DNA from: Candidatus Hydrogenedentota bacterium
GTDB lineage: Bacteria > Hydrogenedentota > Hydrogenedentia > Hydrogenedentales > SLHB01
DNA length: 27,875 bases
Direction: 5' to 3'
Assembly (NCBI GenBank): GCA_034408725.1
Contig: JAWXCN010000263.1
Coordinates: forward strand, 1 to 27,875
Of this stretch, positions 15,928 through 24,828 are shown in pieces (within the stretch, counting starts at the first letter, position 1; each line of letters opens with the position of its first letter). The notes beneath the pieces are model-generated. The model searched no databases. It was not told the origin of the DNA and saw only the letters and a program-made list of their open reading frames with translations. A program made the position numbers and the translations under genes.

Positions 15928-18714
15928 ATGGAATCCACACGAAGCGCGTTGGGCGCGGGCAACGAACCCAACAGCCTGAGCCTTGCATTCGTCGAGGGAC
16001 TATACGAAGATTTCCTTCACGACCCGGCATCCGTGCCGCAGGAATGGACTGCGTACTTTCTAAGTCTGAACGGGGCAAGCGCCCCCGTGGCCGCGTTCCA
16101 CGAAGAGCCCCTGCCTGCCACGCGCGCGCATCCGCCCGAATCCGGCGCGATGCAACACCATGTGGACGTCCTTATTCGCAACTACCGGGTGCTTGGGCAC
16201 AAGATTGCGCGCATCGATCCGTTGAATATGCCGCGCCCGCGCCAGCCCGAACTCGATCCCGCTTACCACGGGTTTGCCGCGGAGGACATGGAGCTGCCGT
16301 TCAACGCGGGCACGCTGGCGCCTTCGGGTGAATTGCTGCCGCTTCGAATCATCATCCAGCGATTGCGCAGCACCTATTGCCGGTCCATCGGCGTCCAATT
16401 CATGCATATCGATGATCTTTCAATCCGCGACTGGCTATGCCAGCGGATCGAGGGAACGGCGAACCGCTTTCAACTTAGCCGCGAACAACAGCTCCGTATT
16501 CTCACGCGGCTTACGGACGCGGTGATTTTCGAGGAGTTCATTCAAAAGAAATTTATCGGCGCGAAACGATTTTCCCTCGAAGGCGCGGAAAGTCTGATTC
16601 CATTACTGGAACTCGCCATCGAAAAAGCGGGTGAGCAAAAAGTCGATGAAATCGTGCTCGGCATGGCGCATCGCGGCCGGTTGAACGTGCTCGCGAACAT
16701 CATGGGAAAGAGTCCGAGTCAAATCTTTCGTGAATTCGAAGACAAGGATTCGAGCCTGATCGGCGATGTAAAGTACCACCTCGGACACCATACCGAATGG
16801 GTGACACACACCGGCCACAAGGTGCATCTTGCGCTCGCGTTCAATCCGAGCCATCTCGAGTTTGTGAATCCCGTCGTACTGGGCCGCACCCGCGCGCAGC
16901 AGGACCGCATCAACGACATTGAGCGCCGCAAGAGCATGGCGCTGCTGATCCATGGCGACGCCGCGTTCGCGGGCGAAGGAATCATTCAGGAAACGCTGAA
17001 CCTCTCCGAACTCGAGGGGTATACCACCGGCGGAACCCTCCATATCATTCTGAACAACCAAATCGGGTTCACTACGAATCCGTCCGAAGGACGTTCGAGC
17101 GTATACGCCACGGACATCGCCAAGATGCTCTCGAGCCCTATCTTCCATGTGAACGGAGAAGACCCCGAAGCCGTGGCCCAGACCATCCAGGTGGCAATGG
17201 ACTATCGCCGCACATTCCGGCGCGACGTAGTCGTCGACATGTATTGCTACCGGAGGCGCGGACACAACGAAGGCGACGAACCCGCGTTCACGCAGCCGGT
17301 GCTGTACCGGCATATCGAAAAGCGCCAGCCCGTGCGCGAGGCCTATCTCGCGCACATGCTCAAGCTTGGCGCGCTCACGCGCGACGAGGCCGAAGAAATC
17401 GCCGTGCGCCGCCGGGAGATGCTCGAATCAGAATTGTCCCTCGCGCGCAGTACCGAGCAGGCGCGTCCCGTGAGCACGCTCCGGGGCATCTGGTCGAATT
17501 TCCAGGGCGGCGCGGACCTCGAAGTGCCCGACGCGGATACCGGCGTCGAGAAGGATCTCCTGACGACGCTCCTGGAATCGCAGGCGCGCGTACCTGAAGG
17601 GTTTCAGCCCCATCCGAAAATCGTGCGCATCCTTGACCAACGCCTTGCAATGGCGCGCGGGGAGGCCCCGCTAGACTGGGCCGCCGCGGAAACACTCGGC
17701 TACGCATCGTTGCTGGTGGAAGGTACACGTATCCGCATTACCGGCCAAGACACGGAACGCGGGACATTCAGCCATCGGCACGCCGTGCTGCACAATATCG
17801 AGGACGGCGACCTCTACGTGCCCTTGCGCCATATCTCGCCCAAGCAGGCGACGTTTGAAATCTACAATAGCCCGCTCAGCGAAGCGGGCGTGGTCGGATT
17901 TGAATACGGCTACAGCATTGCGTGCCCCGACGGCCTGACGATTTGGGAAGCGCAGTTCGGCGACTTTTTCAATGCGGCGCAGGTGATTGTCGATCAGTTC
18001 ATTTCCAGCGCCGAAGACAAATGGCGCAGCCTGTCCGGGCTCGTCATGTTGCTGCCGCACGGTTACGAGGGCATGGGCCCGGAACATTCGAGCGCGCGCA
18101 TCGAGCGGTTGTTTTCGCTGACTGCCGAAGACAATATGCAGGTCGTGTACCCGACGACCCCCGCGCAAATTTTCCACGTGTTGCGCAGACAGATCGTACG
18201 GCCCTGGCGCAAACCCCTGATCATACTCACGCCCAAGAGCCTGCTGCGCCATCCCCGGTGCGTGTCATCGCTGGACGATCTTGCCACTGGCAAGTTTCGC
18301 CGGATACTGCCGGATGAAAAGGGCATCACGGACGCGGCGGCGCGCGTGATTCTATGTACGGGCAAAATCTATTACGAGCTTTACGAAGAACGGGAGAAGT
18401 TGAAACGCGATGACGTTGCAATTGTGCGCGTGGAACAACTTTATCCGCTTCAGCCCGCCGACCTGCACGAAGTGTTGAAGCTGTACAAGGACAACACGCC
18501 GGTGCTGTGGGTGCAGGAAGAACCGGAAAATATGGGCGCCTGGCGGCGCATGCGCGGCAAGTTCGGATATATACTCGAGGGAAGACTCCCGTTTTTCGGA
18601 TTGTACCGCCCCGCCTCCGCGAGCCCGGCCACCGGCTCGCCCGGATGGCACAAGAAAGAGCAGCGCGAGATTATTGAAAATGCGTTTGGAACTATCCTCG
18701 GGTACTCGGAATAG
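15928..18714 (+). CDS. sucA: 2-oxoglutarate dehydrogenase E1
   Basis: Motifs KRFSLEGAE, GMAHRGRLNVL, GDVKYHLG, HGDAAFAGEG, RRGHNEGDEP, WEAQFGDF and LPHGYEGMGPEHSSARIER. ATG 15928 follows GAGGA. Confidence 0.97.
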   Translation: MESTRSALGAGNEPNSLSLAFVEGLYEDFLHDPASVPQEWTAYFLSLNGASAPVAAFHEEPLPATRAHPPESGAMQHHVDVLIRNYRVLGHKIARIDPLNMPRPRQPELDPAYHGFAAEDMELPFNAGTLAPSGELLPLRIIIQRLRSTYCRSIGVQFMHIDDLSIRDWLCQRIEGTANRFQLSREQQLRILTRLTDAVIFEEFIQKKFIGAKRFSLEGAESLIPLLELAIEKAGEQKVDEIVLGMAHRGRLNVLANIMGKSPSQIFREFEDKDSSLIGDVKYHLGHHTEWVTHTGHKVHLALAFNPSHLEFVNPVVLGRTRAQQDRINDIERRKSMALLIHGDAAFAGEGIIQETLNLSELEGYTTGGTLHIILNNQIGFTTNPSEGRSSVYATDIAKMLSSPIFHVNGEDPEAVAQTIQVAMDYRRTFRRDVVVDMYCYRRRGHNEGDEPAFTQPVLYRHIEKRQPVREAYLAHMLKLGALTRDEAEEIAVRRREMLESELSLARSTEQARPVSTLRGIWSNFQGGADLEVPDADTGVEKDLLTTLLESQARVPEGFQPHPKIVRILDQRLAMARGEAPLDWAAAETLGYASLLVEGTRIRITGQDTERGTFSHRHAVLHNIEDGDLYVPLRHISPKQATFEIYNSPLSEAGVVGFEYGYSIACPDGLTIWEAQFGDFFNAAQVIVDQFISSAEDKWRSLSGLVMLLPHGYEGMGPEHSSARIERLFSLTAEDNMQVVYPTTPAQIFHVLRRQIVRPWRKPLIILTPKSLLRHPRCVSSLDDLATGKFRRILPDEKGITDAAARVILCTGKIYYELYEEREKLKRDDVAIVRVEQLYPLQPADLHEVLKLYKDNTPVLWVQEEPENMGAWRRMRGKFGYILEGRLPFFGLYRPASASPATGSPGWHKKEQREIIENAFGTILGYSE

Positions 18715-18822
18715 GGCGGACGCGATTGCCGGTTGGTGTCAGAGGATTGCGCGCGCCGGCCAGCGCTAACGGCCATTCCGAAACCGAAACCAGCAATCGC
18801 GACAAAAGTGGAGTCGATCCTA

Positions 18823-20121
18823 ATGCCAGTGGAATTAGTAGTGCCGCCGATGGGAGAGTCCATTTCGGAAGTGCAGATCGGGGCATGGCGAAAACAACCC
18901 GGCGAACCCATCGCGCGGGATGAATCGATCGTCGAGCTCGAATCCGACAAGGCCACCATAGACCTGCCCGCGCCTTCCGCGGGAACGATATCGAAAATTC
19001 TCAAGAAGGAAGGCGAACGCGCCGCCGTGGGCGAAGTCATTGGGTACATGGAGACGTCCCCTGATGTCCCCAAGGGCACCGCGGATACCGCCGACAAGAA
19101 GGCGAAAGCGCCGGGCCCAGCCCAGGCAAATGTCGAAGTGACGGATTCAAAAATCGGCGAGAAGAAACCCCCGGCGCCCGTCATATCCAAGGCGCTGGAA
19201 GGTCCGGCCCGCATCATGCCTTCCGCGCGCCGCGTGATGGCAGAACAGAAGTTGACGCCCAGCGACGTCACGGGCAGTGGACCGGGCGGACGCATTCTGA
19301 AGGAAGACGTCGAGCAAGCCGACAACAAGGCCCTAACATCGCCTGCACCTGCCCCCACACCCGGAGCCGCACCCATCGCGAAGGAAACGCCGCGCCCAAC
19401 GCCTACCGCCGTGCATGGGCAGCGCGACGAAGAACTTGTTCCGATGACGCCTATGCGCAAGCGCATTGCGGAACGCCTTGTCGAAGCGCAGCGTATGGGC
19501 GCGTTGTTGACGACGTTTAACGAAGTCGATATGTCCGCCGTCATCGCGTTGCGGGAACAGCACAAGGCAGAGTTTCAGGAACGGTACGGCGTAAAACTCG
19601 GGTTCATGTCCTTCTTTGTTAAGGCAGCGGTCGAGGCGTTAAAGCAGTTCCCGAAGGTCAACGCCGAAATCCGCCACACGGACATCCTGTATCACCACTA
19701 TTACGACATAGGAATCGCCGTCGGGAGCGGCAAAGGCCTCGTGGTGCCGGTGATTCGCAATGCGGAATTGCTGGGGTTCGCGGACATCGAGCAACGCATC
19801 GGGGATTTTGGAGCACGAGCAAAGCAAAACAAAATCACGCTCGAAGAATTGGAAGGCGGCACGTTTACCATCAGCAACGGCGGCGTATACGGCTCGATGA
19901 TGTCCACGCCAATTGTGAATCCGCCGCAAAGCGGCATCCTCGGCCTCCACGCGATTCAAGATCGGCCTGTCGCGCGCGACGGGCAAGTGGTCATCCGGCC
20001 TATGATGTATATCGCGTTGACGTACGATCACCGTATCGTCGATGGCCGCGAGGCCGTCACGTTCCTGAAGACCGTCAAGGAATACATCGAACAGCCCATG
20101 CGCATGCTGCTGGACCTGTAG
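18823..20121 (+). CDS. sucB: Dihydrolipoyllysine-residue succinyltransferase E2
   Basis: Lipoyl domain [16 protein letters not shown]...LESDKAT, E3-binding [22 protein letters not shown] and catalytic [12 protein letters not shown]. Confidence 0.96.
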   Translation: MPVELVVPPMGESISEVQIGAWRKQPGEPIARDESIVELESDKATIDLPAPSAGTISKILKKEGERAAVGEVIGYMETSPDVPKGTADTADKKAKAPGPAQANVEVTDSKIGEKKPPAPVISKALEGPARIMPSARRVMAEQKLTPSDVTGSGPGGRILKEDVEQADNKALTSPAPAPTPGAAPIAKETPRPTPTAVHGQRDEELVPMTPMRKRIAERLVEAQRMGALLTTFNEVDMSAVIALREQHKAEFQERYGVKLGFMSFFVKAAVEALKQFPKVNAEIRHTDILYHHYYDIGIAVGSGKGLVVPVIRNAELLGFADIEQRIGDFGARAKQNKITLEELEGGTFTISNGGVYGSMMSTPIVNPPQSGILGLHAIQDRPVARDGQVVIRPMMYIALTYDHRIVDGREAVTFLKTVKEYIEQPMRMLLDL

Positions 20122-20129
20122 GCGACATC

Positions 20130-20666
20130 ATGCACACGCTCACACCAAAGCTGCGCATCGCGATTATCGCATCCATCCTGTTGATATCGGTCGGCTGCGA
20201 CCAGGCCACGAAACGCATCGCGCAAACGAAACTCGCGCCCATAGACCGCGTGGAAATCGCGGGCAAGTATTTTGCCTTTCAGTACGCGGAAAATCGCGGC
20301 GCGTTTCTCAGCCTGGGCGCGTCGATGTCCGAATCGGCGCGGTTCTGGATATTCACCGTATTCACTAGCGGCGTATTGATTGTGCTCGCATGGTATGTAT
20401 TCGCGCACACCGCGCTGCAAATCACTGACGTGGTAGCCGTTGCCCTGTTGTTAAGCGGCGGCATTGGAAACATGATCGACCGCATCACGCGAGACGGCCA
20501 TGTCATCGATTTCATGGTCATCGAAATCTGGGGGCCATTGCGCACCGGCGTGTTCAATGTCGCCGACGTCGCCGTGATGGCCGGCGTGTTTTTGTTGTTC
20601 GGCGCGCGGTTGATCTGGCGGCCAAAGGTGGACGAGGAGAAGGCGCATGACGCAACACAACCATGA
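20130..20666 (+). CDS. lspA: Lipoprotein signal peptidase (signal peptidase II)
   Basis: Motifs DQATK, ENRGAFLSLG, GGIGNMIDR, VIDF and FNVAD, with both catalytic Asp motifs present. Confidence 0.93.
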   Translation: MHTLTPKLRIAIIASILLISVGCDQATKRIAQTKLAPIDRVEIAGKYFAFQYAENRGAFLSLGASMSESARFWIFTVFTSGVLIVLAWYVFAHTALQITDVVAVALLLSGGIGNMIDRITRDGHVIDFMVIEIWGPLRTGVFNVADVAVMAGVFLLFGARLIWRPKVDEEKAHDATQP

Positions 20667-22035
20667 CCTCGTAGTCATCGGCGCTGGGCCCGGTGGATAC
20701 GTTGCCGCGATTCGCGCCGCGCAACTAGGGTTGACCGTCGCCTGCGTCGAGGAAGAGAAGCTGCTGGGTGGCGTCTGTCTGCGCGTAGGATGTATTCCCA
20801 GCAAGGCGATGCTCGAATCGAGCGAACATTACGCGGTTGCCAAAAACGATCTCCGTGCGCACGGCATTAACGTCAGCGGCGTCGAACTCGATCTTGCGAC
20901 GATGCTCAAACGCAAGGACGGCGTGGTTCGCACGCTCACCAAAGGCGTCGAAGGATTGTTCAAGAAGAACGCGATCACGCGCTACGAAGGGCGCGGGCGA
21001 ATCGCGGCCGCCGGGAAGGTCACTGTCGCGGGCAAGGAGCCGGTGGAAATCACCGCGAAGCATATCCTCCTTGCGCCGGGGAGCATACCCGCGCCGCTGA
21101 AAGGCGTCGCGTTCGACGGCGACCTTATCGGTTCGAGCACGGAAGCGTTGTCGTATCCCACGGTGCCCACGCACCTCGTGGTCATTGGCGCCGGCTACAT
21201 CGGACTCGAGCTCGGATCCGTATGGCAACGGCTCGGTTCAAAGGTTACCGTGCTCGAATATCTCGATCGCATACTTCCCGGAATGGACCTCGAACTCGCG
21301 CGCGAAGCAGAAAAAGTCTTCAAAAAACAGGGCATTGAATTCCGGCTGGGGGCGAAGGTGACCGGCGCGTCCGCCGGAAAAAATGGGTGCGTGGTGACGG
21401 TCGAAGGCGCTGAGTCTATTTCATGCGACCGCGTGCTGGTCGCCGTAGGCCGCATTCCAAATACCAAAGACCTCGGTCTCGAAACAGTCAAGATCGAACT
21501 CGACGCGCGAGGCGCGATTCCGATTGACGATCATTTCGCGACTGCCGCGCCGGGTGTCTACGCCATTGGCGATGCGGTGCGTGGCCCAATGCTCGCCCAC
21601 AAGGCCGAGGAAGAAGGCATCGCCTGTGTCGAACACATTGTGACCGGCTACGGCCATGTGAATTACAACTGCATCCCCGGCGTGGTGTATACGCATCCGG
21701 AAATCGCGACAGTCGGCAAAACCGAGGAACAACTAAAAGAAGCCGGGACCGCGTTCCGCAAAGGCGTGTTTCCGTTTATTGCGAATGGCCGCGCGAAAGC
21801 GCTCGGTCAGACCGAGGGGCGCGTAAAAATTCTCGCCGACGCGGAAACAGACCGTGTGCTGGGCGTCCACATCATTGGTCCGCGCGCCGGCGATTTAATC
21901 GCCGAAGCGACAGCCGCGATGGAGTTTGGCGCATCAAGCGAAGACATTGCGCGCTGTTGCCACGCGCACCCTACGCTCGCTGAAGTGGTGAAAGAGGCCG
22001 CGATGGCGGTAGCCGGACGCGAGATACATATTTAG
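20647..22035 (+). CDS. lpdA: Dihydrolipoyl dehydrogenase E3
   Basis: Motifs GAGPGGYVAA, redox GGVCLRVGCIPSK, GAGYIGLE, MLAHKAEEEG and HAHPTLAE. Confidence 0.97.
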   Translation: MTQHNHDLVVIGAGPGGYVAAIRAAQLGLTVACVEEEKLLGGVCLRVGCIPSKAMLESSEHYAVAKNDLRAHGINVSGVELDLATMLKRKDGVVRTLTKGVEGLFKKNAITRYEGRGRIAAAGKVTVAGKEPVEITAKHILLAPGSIPAPLKGVAFDGDLIGSSTEALSYPTVPTHLVVIGAGYIGLELGSVWQRLGSKVTVLEYLDRILPGMDLELAREAEKVFKKQGIEFRLGAKVTGASAGKNGCVVTVEGAESISCDRVLVAVGRIPNTKDLGLETVKIELDARGAIPIDDHFATAAPGVYAIGDAVRGPMLAHKAEEEGIACVEHIVTGYGHVNYNCIPGVVYTHPEIATVGKTEEQLKEAGTAFRKGVFPFIANGRAKALGQTEGRVKILADAETDRVLGVHIIGPRAGDLIAEATAAMEFGASSEDIARCCHAHPTLAEVVKEAAMAVAGREIHI

Positions 22036-22040
22036 GGTAA

Positions 22041-22135
22041 TGGGAGTGATGAGAAGAATGAGAGCTATGGGAGAAAAGGGCCCAAGTCTTTCTACAATCG
22101 AACTCCCATAGCTCTCATGCTTCCCATCACTCCCA
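22041..22135. repeat. Long inverted repeat built from 9-nt units (ATGRGARNN)
   Basis: Arms 22041-22073 and 22103-22135 are 33 bp each, 31/33 complementary, with a 29-nt loop; lies between convergent lpdA and the dehydrogenase gene. Confidence 0.85.
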
Positions 22136-22146
22136 CTATTCCATCA

Positions 22147-23280
22147 TTACCCCGTGTACCGAATCCGATAAATGCAATTCGCCGCATCATCACTGACAAG
22201 CATCGATCCATCCGGCATATTCAGCACGTCCGCGGGCCTTCCCCACGCCTTGTTGTTTTGCAACCAGCCGTGGGCGAAGGGTTCGTAAGACACCACGTTG
22301 CTGTCCGCATCCAGCTTCACGCAGACGACACGAAATCCGGTATGGCCCGCCTGCGGTGTCCGGTTCCAGGAGCCGTGTTCCGCGATGAAAATCTGATTGC
22401 GATACTCCTCCGGAAACGCCGTGCCGGTATAGAAGCGCATGCCTATGGCCGCGACGTGCGGATCGAGGTTCTGCGCGGGTGGCGTGAATTCCTCCGGTTT
22501 GTGGCCTTTGCCAAAAGTCGGGTCCGGGATCGCACTGCCATGAATATAGGGGAACCCGAAGTGCATGCCCGCTTTTGGCGCGCGGTTCAATTCATCAGGC
22601 GGGACACCGTCGCCCATAAGATCGCGGCCATTGTCGGTGAACCATAGTTCCTTCGTAACAGGGTGCCAGTCGAAGCCGACGCTGTTGCGGACCCCTCTCG
22701 CGAAAATCTCGCGGCCGCTGCCGTCCGCGTCGAGCCGGGTGATTGTGCCGAAAATCTCGTCTTCGGGTTCGCACACATTGCAGGGCACGCCCACGGGAAC
22801 GTACAGCTTGCCGTCAGGCCCAAATGCGATGAACTTCCAGCCATGGTGAGTCTTGTCGGGATACGAATCATTCACAACCACGGGCGCAGGCTGCGACGCA
22901 TAGGTCTCTTCGATATTCTCAAACTTGATGACCCGATGAATTTCGGCGACGTACAGCGCGCCATCGTGAAACGCCACGCCGCTGGGTTGCACCAGCTTTT
23001 TTGCAATAACTGTTACTTCGTCGGCCTTGCCATCCTTGTCCTTGTCCACCACGGCATGCACGCGGCCATCGCCGTTCTCGCGCGAGCCAACGAATACCGT
23101 GCCGTTGGGACTGAGCGCCATCTGCCGGGCGTTGAAGACCTTGGTGGCGTAGAGTTCAATCTTGAAACCTGGAGGAAGTTTTATGGATTCGAGCGGCAGG
23201 TCCGCCGCGGCAAACGCGGGGCCAACTGCGAGGATGAAAATAACGAACGTGCGAATGACTGACCGGTAGATAGAGATCAT
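22147..23280 (-). CDS. Secreted sorbosone/aldose (PQQ-type beta-propeller) dehydrogenase family protein
   Basis: Signal peptide, LPPGFKIELYA, HHGWKFIAFGPDGKLYVPVG, GVRNSVGFDWHP, AEHGSWNR and GRPADV. Confidence 0.9.
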   Translation of the reverse strand: MISIYRSVIRTFVIFILAVGPAFAAADLPLESIKLPPGFKIELYATKVFNARQMALSPNGTVFVGSRENGDGRVHAVVDKDKDGKADEVTVIAKKLVQPSGVAFHDGALYVAEIHRVIKFENIEETYASQPAPVVVNDSYPDKTHHGWKFIAFGPDGKLYVPVGVPCNVCEPEDEIFGTITRLDADGSGREIFARGVRNSVGFDWHPVTKELWFTDNGRDLMGDGVPPDELNRAPKAGMHFGFPYIHGSAIPDPTFGKGHKPEEFTPPAQNLDPHVAAIGMRFYTGTAFPEEYRNQIFIAEHGSWNRTPQAGHTGFRVVCVKLDADSNVVSYEPFAHGWLQNNKAWGRPADVLNMPDGSMLVSDDAANCIYRIRYTG

Positions 23281-23306
23281 TCCGTGGCTCCTTGTTGAGT
23301 GGCGAT

Positions 23307-23379
23307 ACTATGACCCGGCAACATCCGACAATCAACGCCATCGCAGTGGTTGATTAGTCCCGTCCACGGTCGGTATAGT
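23307..23379. promoter_or_regulatory. Back-to-back divergent sigma70-like promoters (dehydrogenase / gltA)
   Basis: Plus strand: TTGATT(23350)-18-TATAGT(23374). Minus strand: TTGATT(23335)-17-CATAGT(23312-23307). Confidence 0.5.
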
Positions 23380-23477
23380 GGCAATCCCTCGCTCGCCGGG
23401 GAAACAGGGCGCCCCGGCACGCCCGCATTTTCGCGGCAAATGGGGAAGCGGATTTTGTACCGGACTGGAGACGTAGC

Positions 23478-24752
23478 ATGAGCACCGCCAAATTGAATTA
23501 TAACGGCAAGGACTACGAGTTCCCCGTCATTACTGGCACGGAAAACGAAGCTGCTATTGATTTTACGCAGCTTCGCGCGGACACTGGCGCAATCACGTTT
23601 GACCCCGGATACGGCAACACGGGTTCCTGCAAAAGCGCGATCACCTTCATCGACGGCGAAAAGGGAATTCTACGCTACCGCGGCTATCCCATCGAGGAAT
23701 TGGCCGTTTCGTCGAAATTCTCCGAAGTGTGTTTCCTGCTTATCTACGGTCATTTGCCAAGTGAGAAGGAACTCAGCGAGTGGCGCCGCCAGCTCACGAT
23801 AAACAGCAATATTCACGAAAGCATGATCAACTTCTTTGATCATTATCCGCCGACAGCCCACCCGATGGCCATTCTTTCCGCGATGGTCGCTTCGCTCTCG
23901 ACGTTCTACCCGGATTCCGACGACGACGAGCAGCTTGATACCAACATCGTGCGGATACTGGCCAAGGCGAAGACGCTCGCGGCGTTTTCGTACAAGAAGA
24001 CCCGTGGCGAACCCATCATTTATCCGATTGCGTCGCAATCCTACGCCGCCAATTTCCTCTTCATGATGTTTGGATCGCCCGCGGAACCTTATGTGGTGTC
24101 GCCGCTGCTCGAACGCGTGCTGAACATGCTGCTCATCCTGCACGCGGACCACGAACAGAATTGTTCAACTTCCACCGTGCGAATGGTGGGCAGTTCCGGC
24201 GCGAACCTCTATGCCTCAATTTCGGCGGGCATTAGCGGGCTGTGGGGTCCGCTTCACGGTGGAGCCAACCAGGAAGTGATCGAGATGCTCGAACGCATCG
24301 TCTCGGACGGCTGCAACTACAAAAAATACATCGACATGGCGAAGGACAAGAACTCGGGCTTCCGCCTGATGGGCTTCGGCCATCGCGTGTACAAGAATTT
24401 CGATCCGCGCGCTACGCTGCTCAAGAACGCCTGCGACGATGTCCTGAAAGAACTCGGCGTGATCGAGCCGCTACTCGAGATTGCCAAACACATCGAAGAG
24501 ATCGCGCTCAAGGACGATTTTTTTATCGAGCGCAAACTGTACCCCAATGTGGATTTCTACAGCGGCATCATCTACCGCGCGATCGGCATTCCGACCAATA
24601 TGTTCACGGTCATGTTTGCGATAGGCCGCATGCCAGGCTGGATCGCCCAATGGAAGGAAATGCGCGCGGAATCCGGCAACCGCATCCATCGTCCCCGCCA
24701 AATCTACACCGGCGAAGCCAAACGCGAATACGTCCCGGTCGAGAAGCGCTAA
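23478..24752 (+). CDS. gltA: Citrate synthase
   Basis: Motifs FIDGEKGILRYRGYPIE, HADHEQNCST, GPLHGGAN, GFGHRVYK and YPNVDFYSG; GGAG RBS. Confidence 0.97.
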   Translation: MSTAKLNYNGKDYEFPVITGTENEAAIDFTQLRADTGAITFDPGYGNTGSCKSAITFIDGEKGILRYRGYPIEELAVSSKFSEVCFLLIYGHLPSEKELSEWRRQLTINSNIHESMINFFDHYPPTAHPMAILSAMVASLSTFYPDSDDDEQLDTNIVRILAKAKTLAAFSYKKTRGEPIIYPIASQSYAANFLFMMFGSPAEPYVVSPLLERVLNMLLILHADHEQNCSTSTVRMVGSSGANLYASISAGISGLWGPLHGGANQEVIEMLERIVSDGCNYKKYIDMAKDKNSGFRLMGFGHRVYKNFDPRATLLKNACDDVLKELGVIEPLLEIAKHIEEIALKDDFFIERKLYPNVDFYSGIIYRAIGIPTNMFTVMFAIGRMPGWIAQWKEMRAESGNRIHRPRQIYTGEAKREYVPVEKR

Positions 24753-24753
24753 G

Positions 24754-24824
24754 GGAGAGCGGGTTTCCCAACCCGCCATTGATTCGTCCTATTCCTGAAT
24801 GGCGGGTTCGAAAACCCGCCCTCC
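24754..24824. repeat. REP doublet (REPIN-like inverted pair)
   Basis: ggagagcgggtttcccaacccgccatt (24754-24780) and aatggcgggttcgaaaacccgccctcc (24798-24824) are 24/27 complementary. Each arm is itself a GCGGGTT-N4-AACCCGC hairpin. Confidence 0.85.
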
Positions 24825-24828
24825 TTCG

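Noticed and set aside
15608-15979. 123-aa ORF starting MEIRLYIPLNPPSKGDF
   Set aside because: It reads through the MITE and repeat tract and overlaps sucA; the peptide is a translation of repeat DNA.
18450-19565. 371-aa minus-strand ORF across sucA/sucB, and similar long antisense ORFs (7400-8200, 12628-13395, 16603-17355)
   Set aside because: They overlap well-supported genes on the opposite strand and are expected from GC-rich codon bias.
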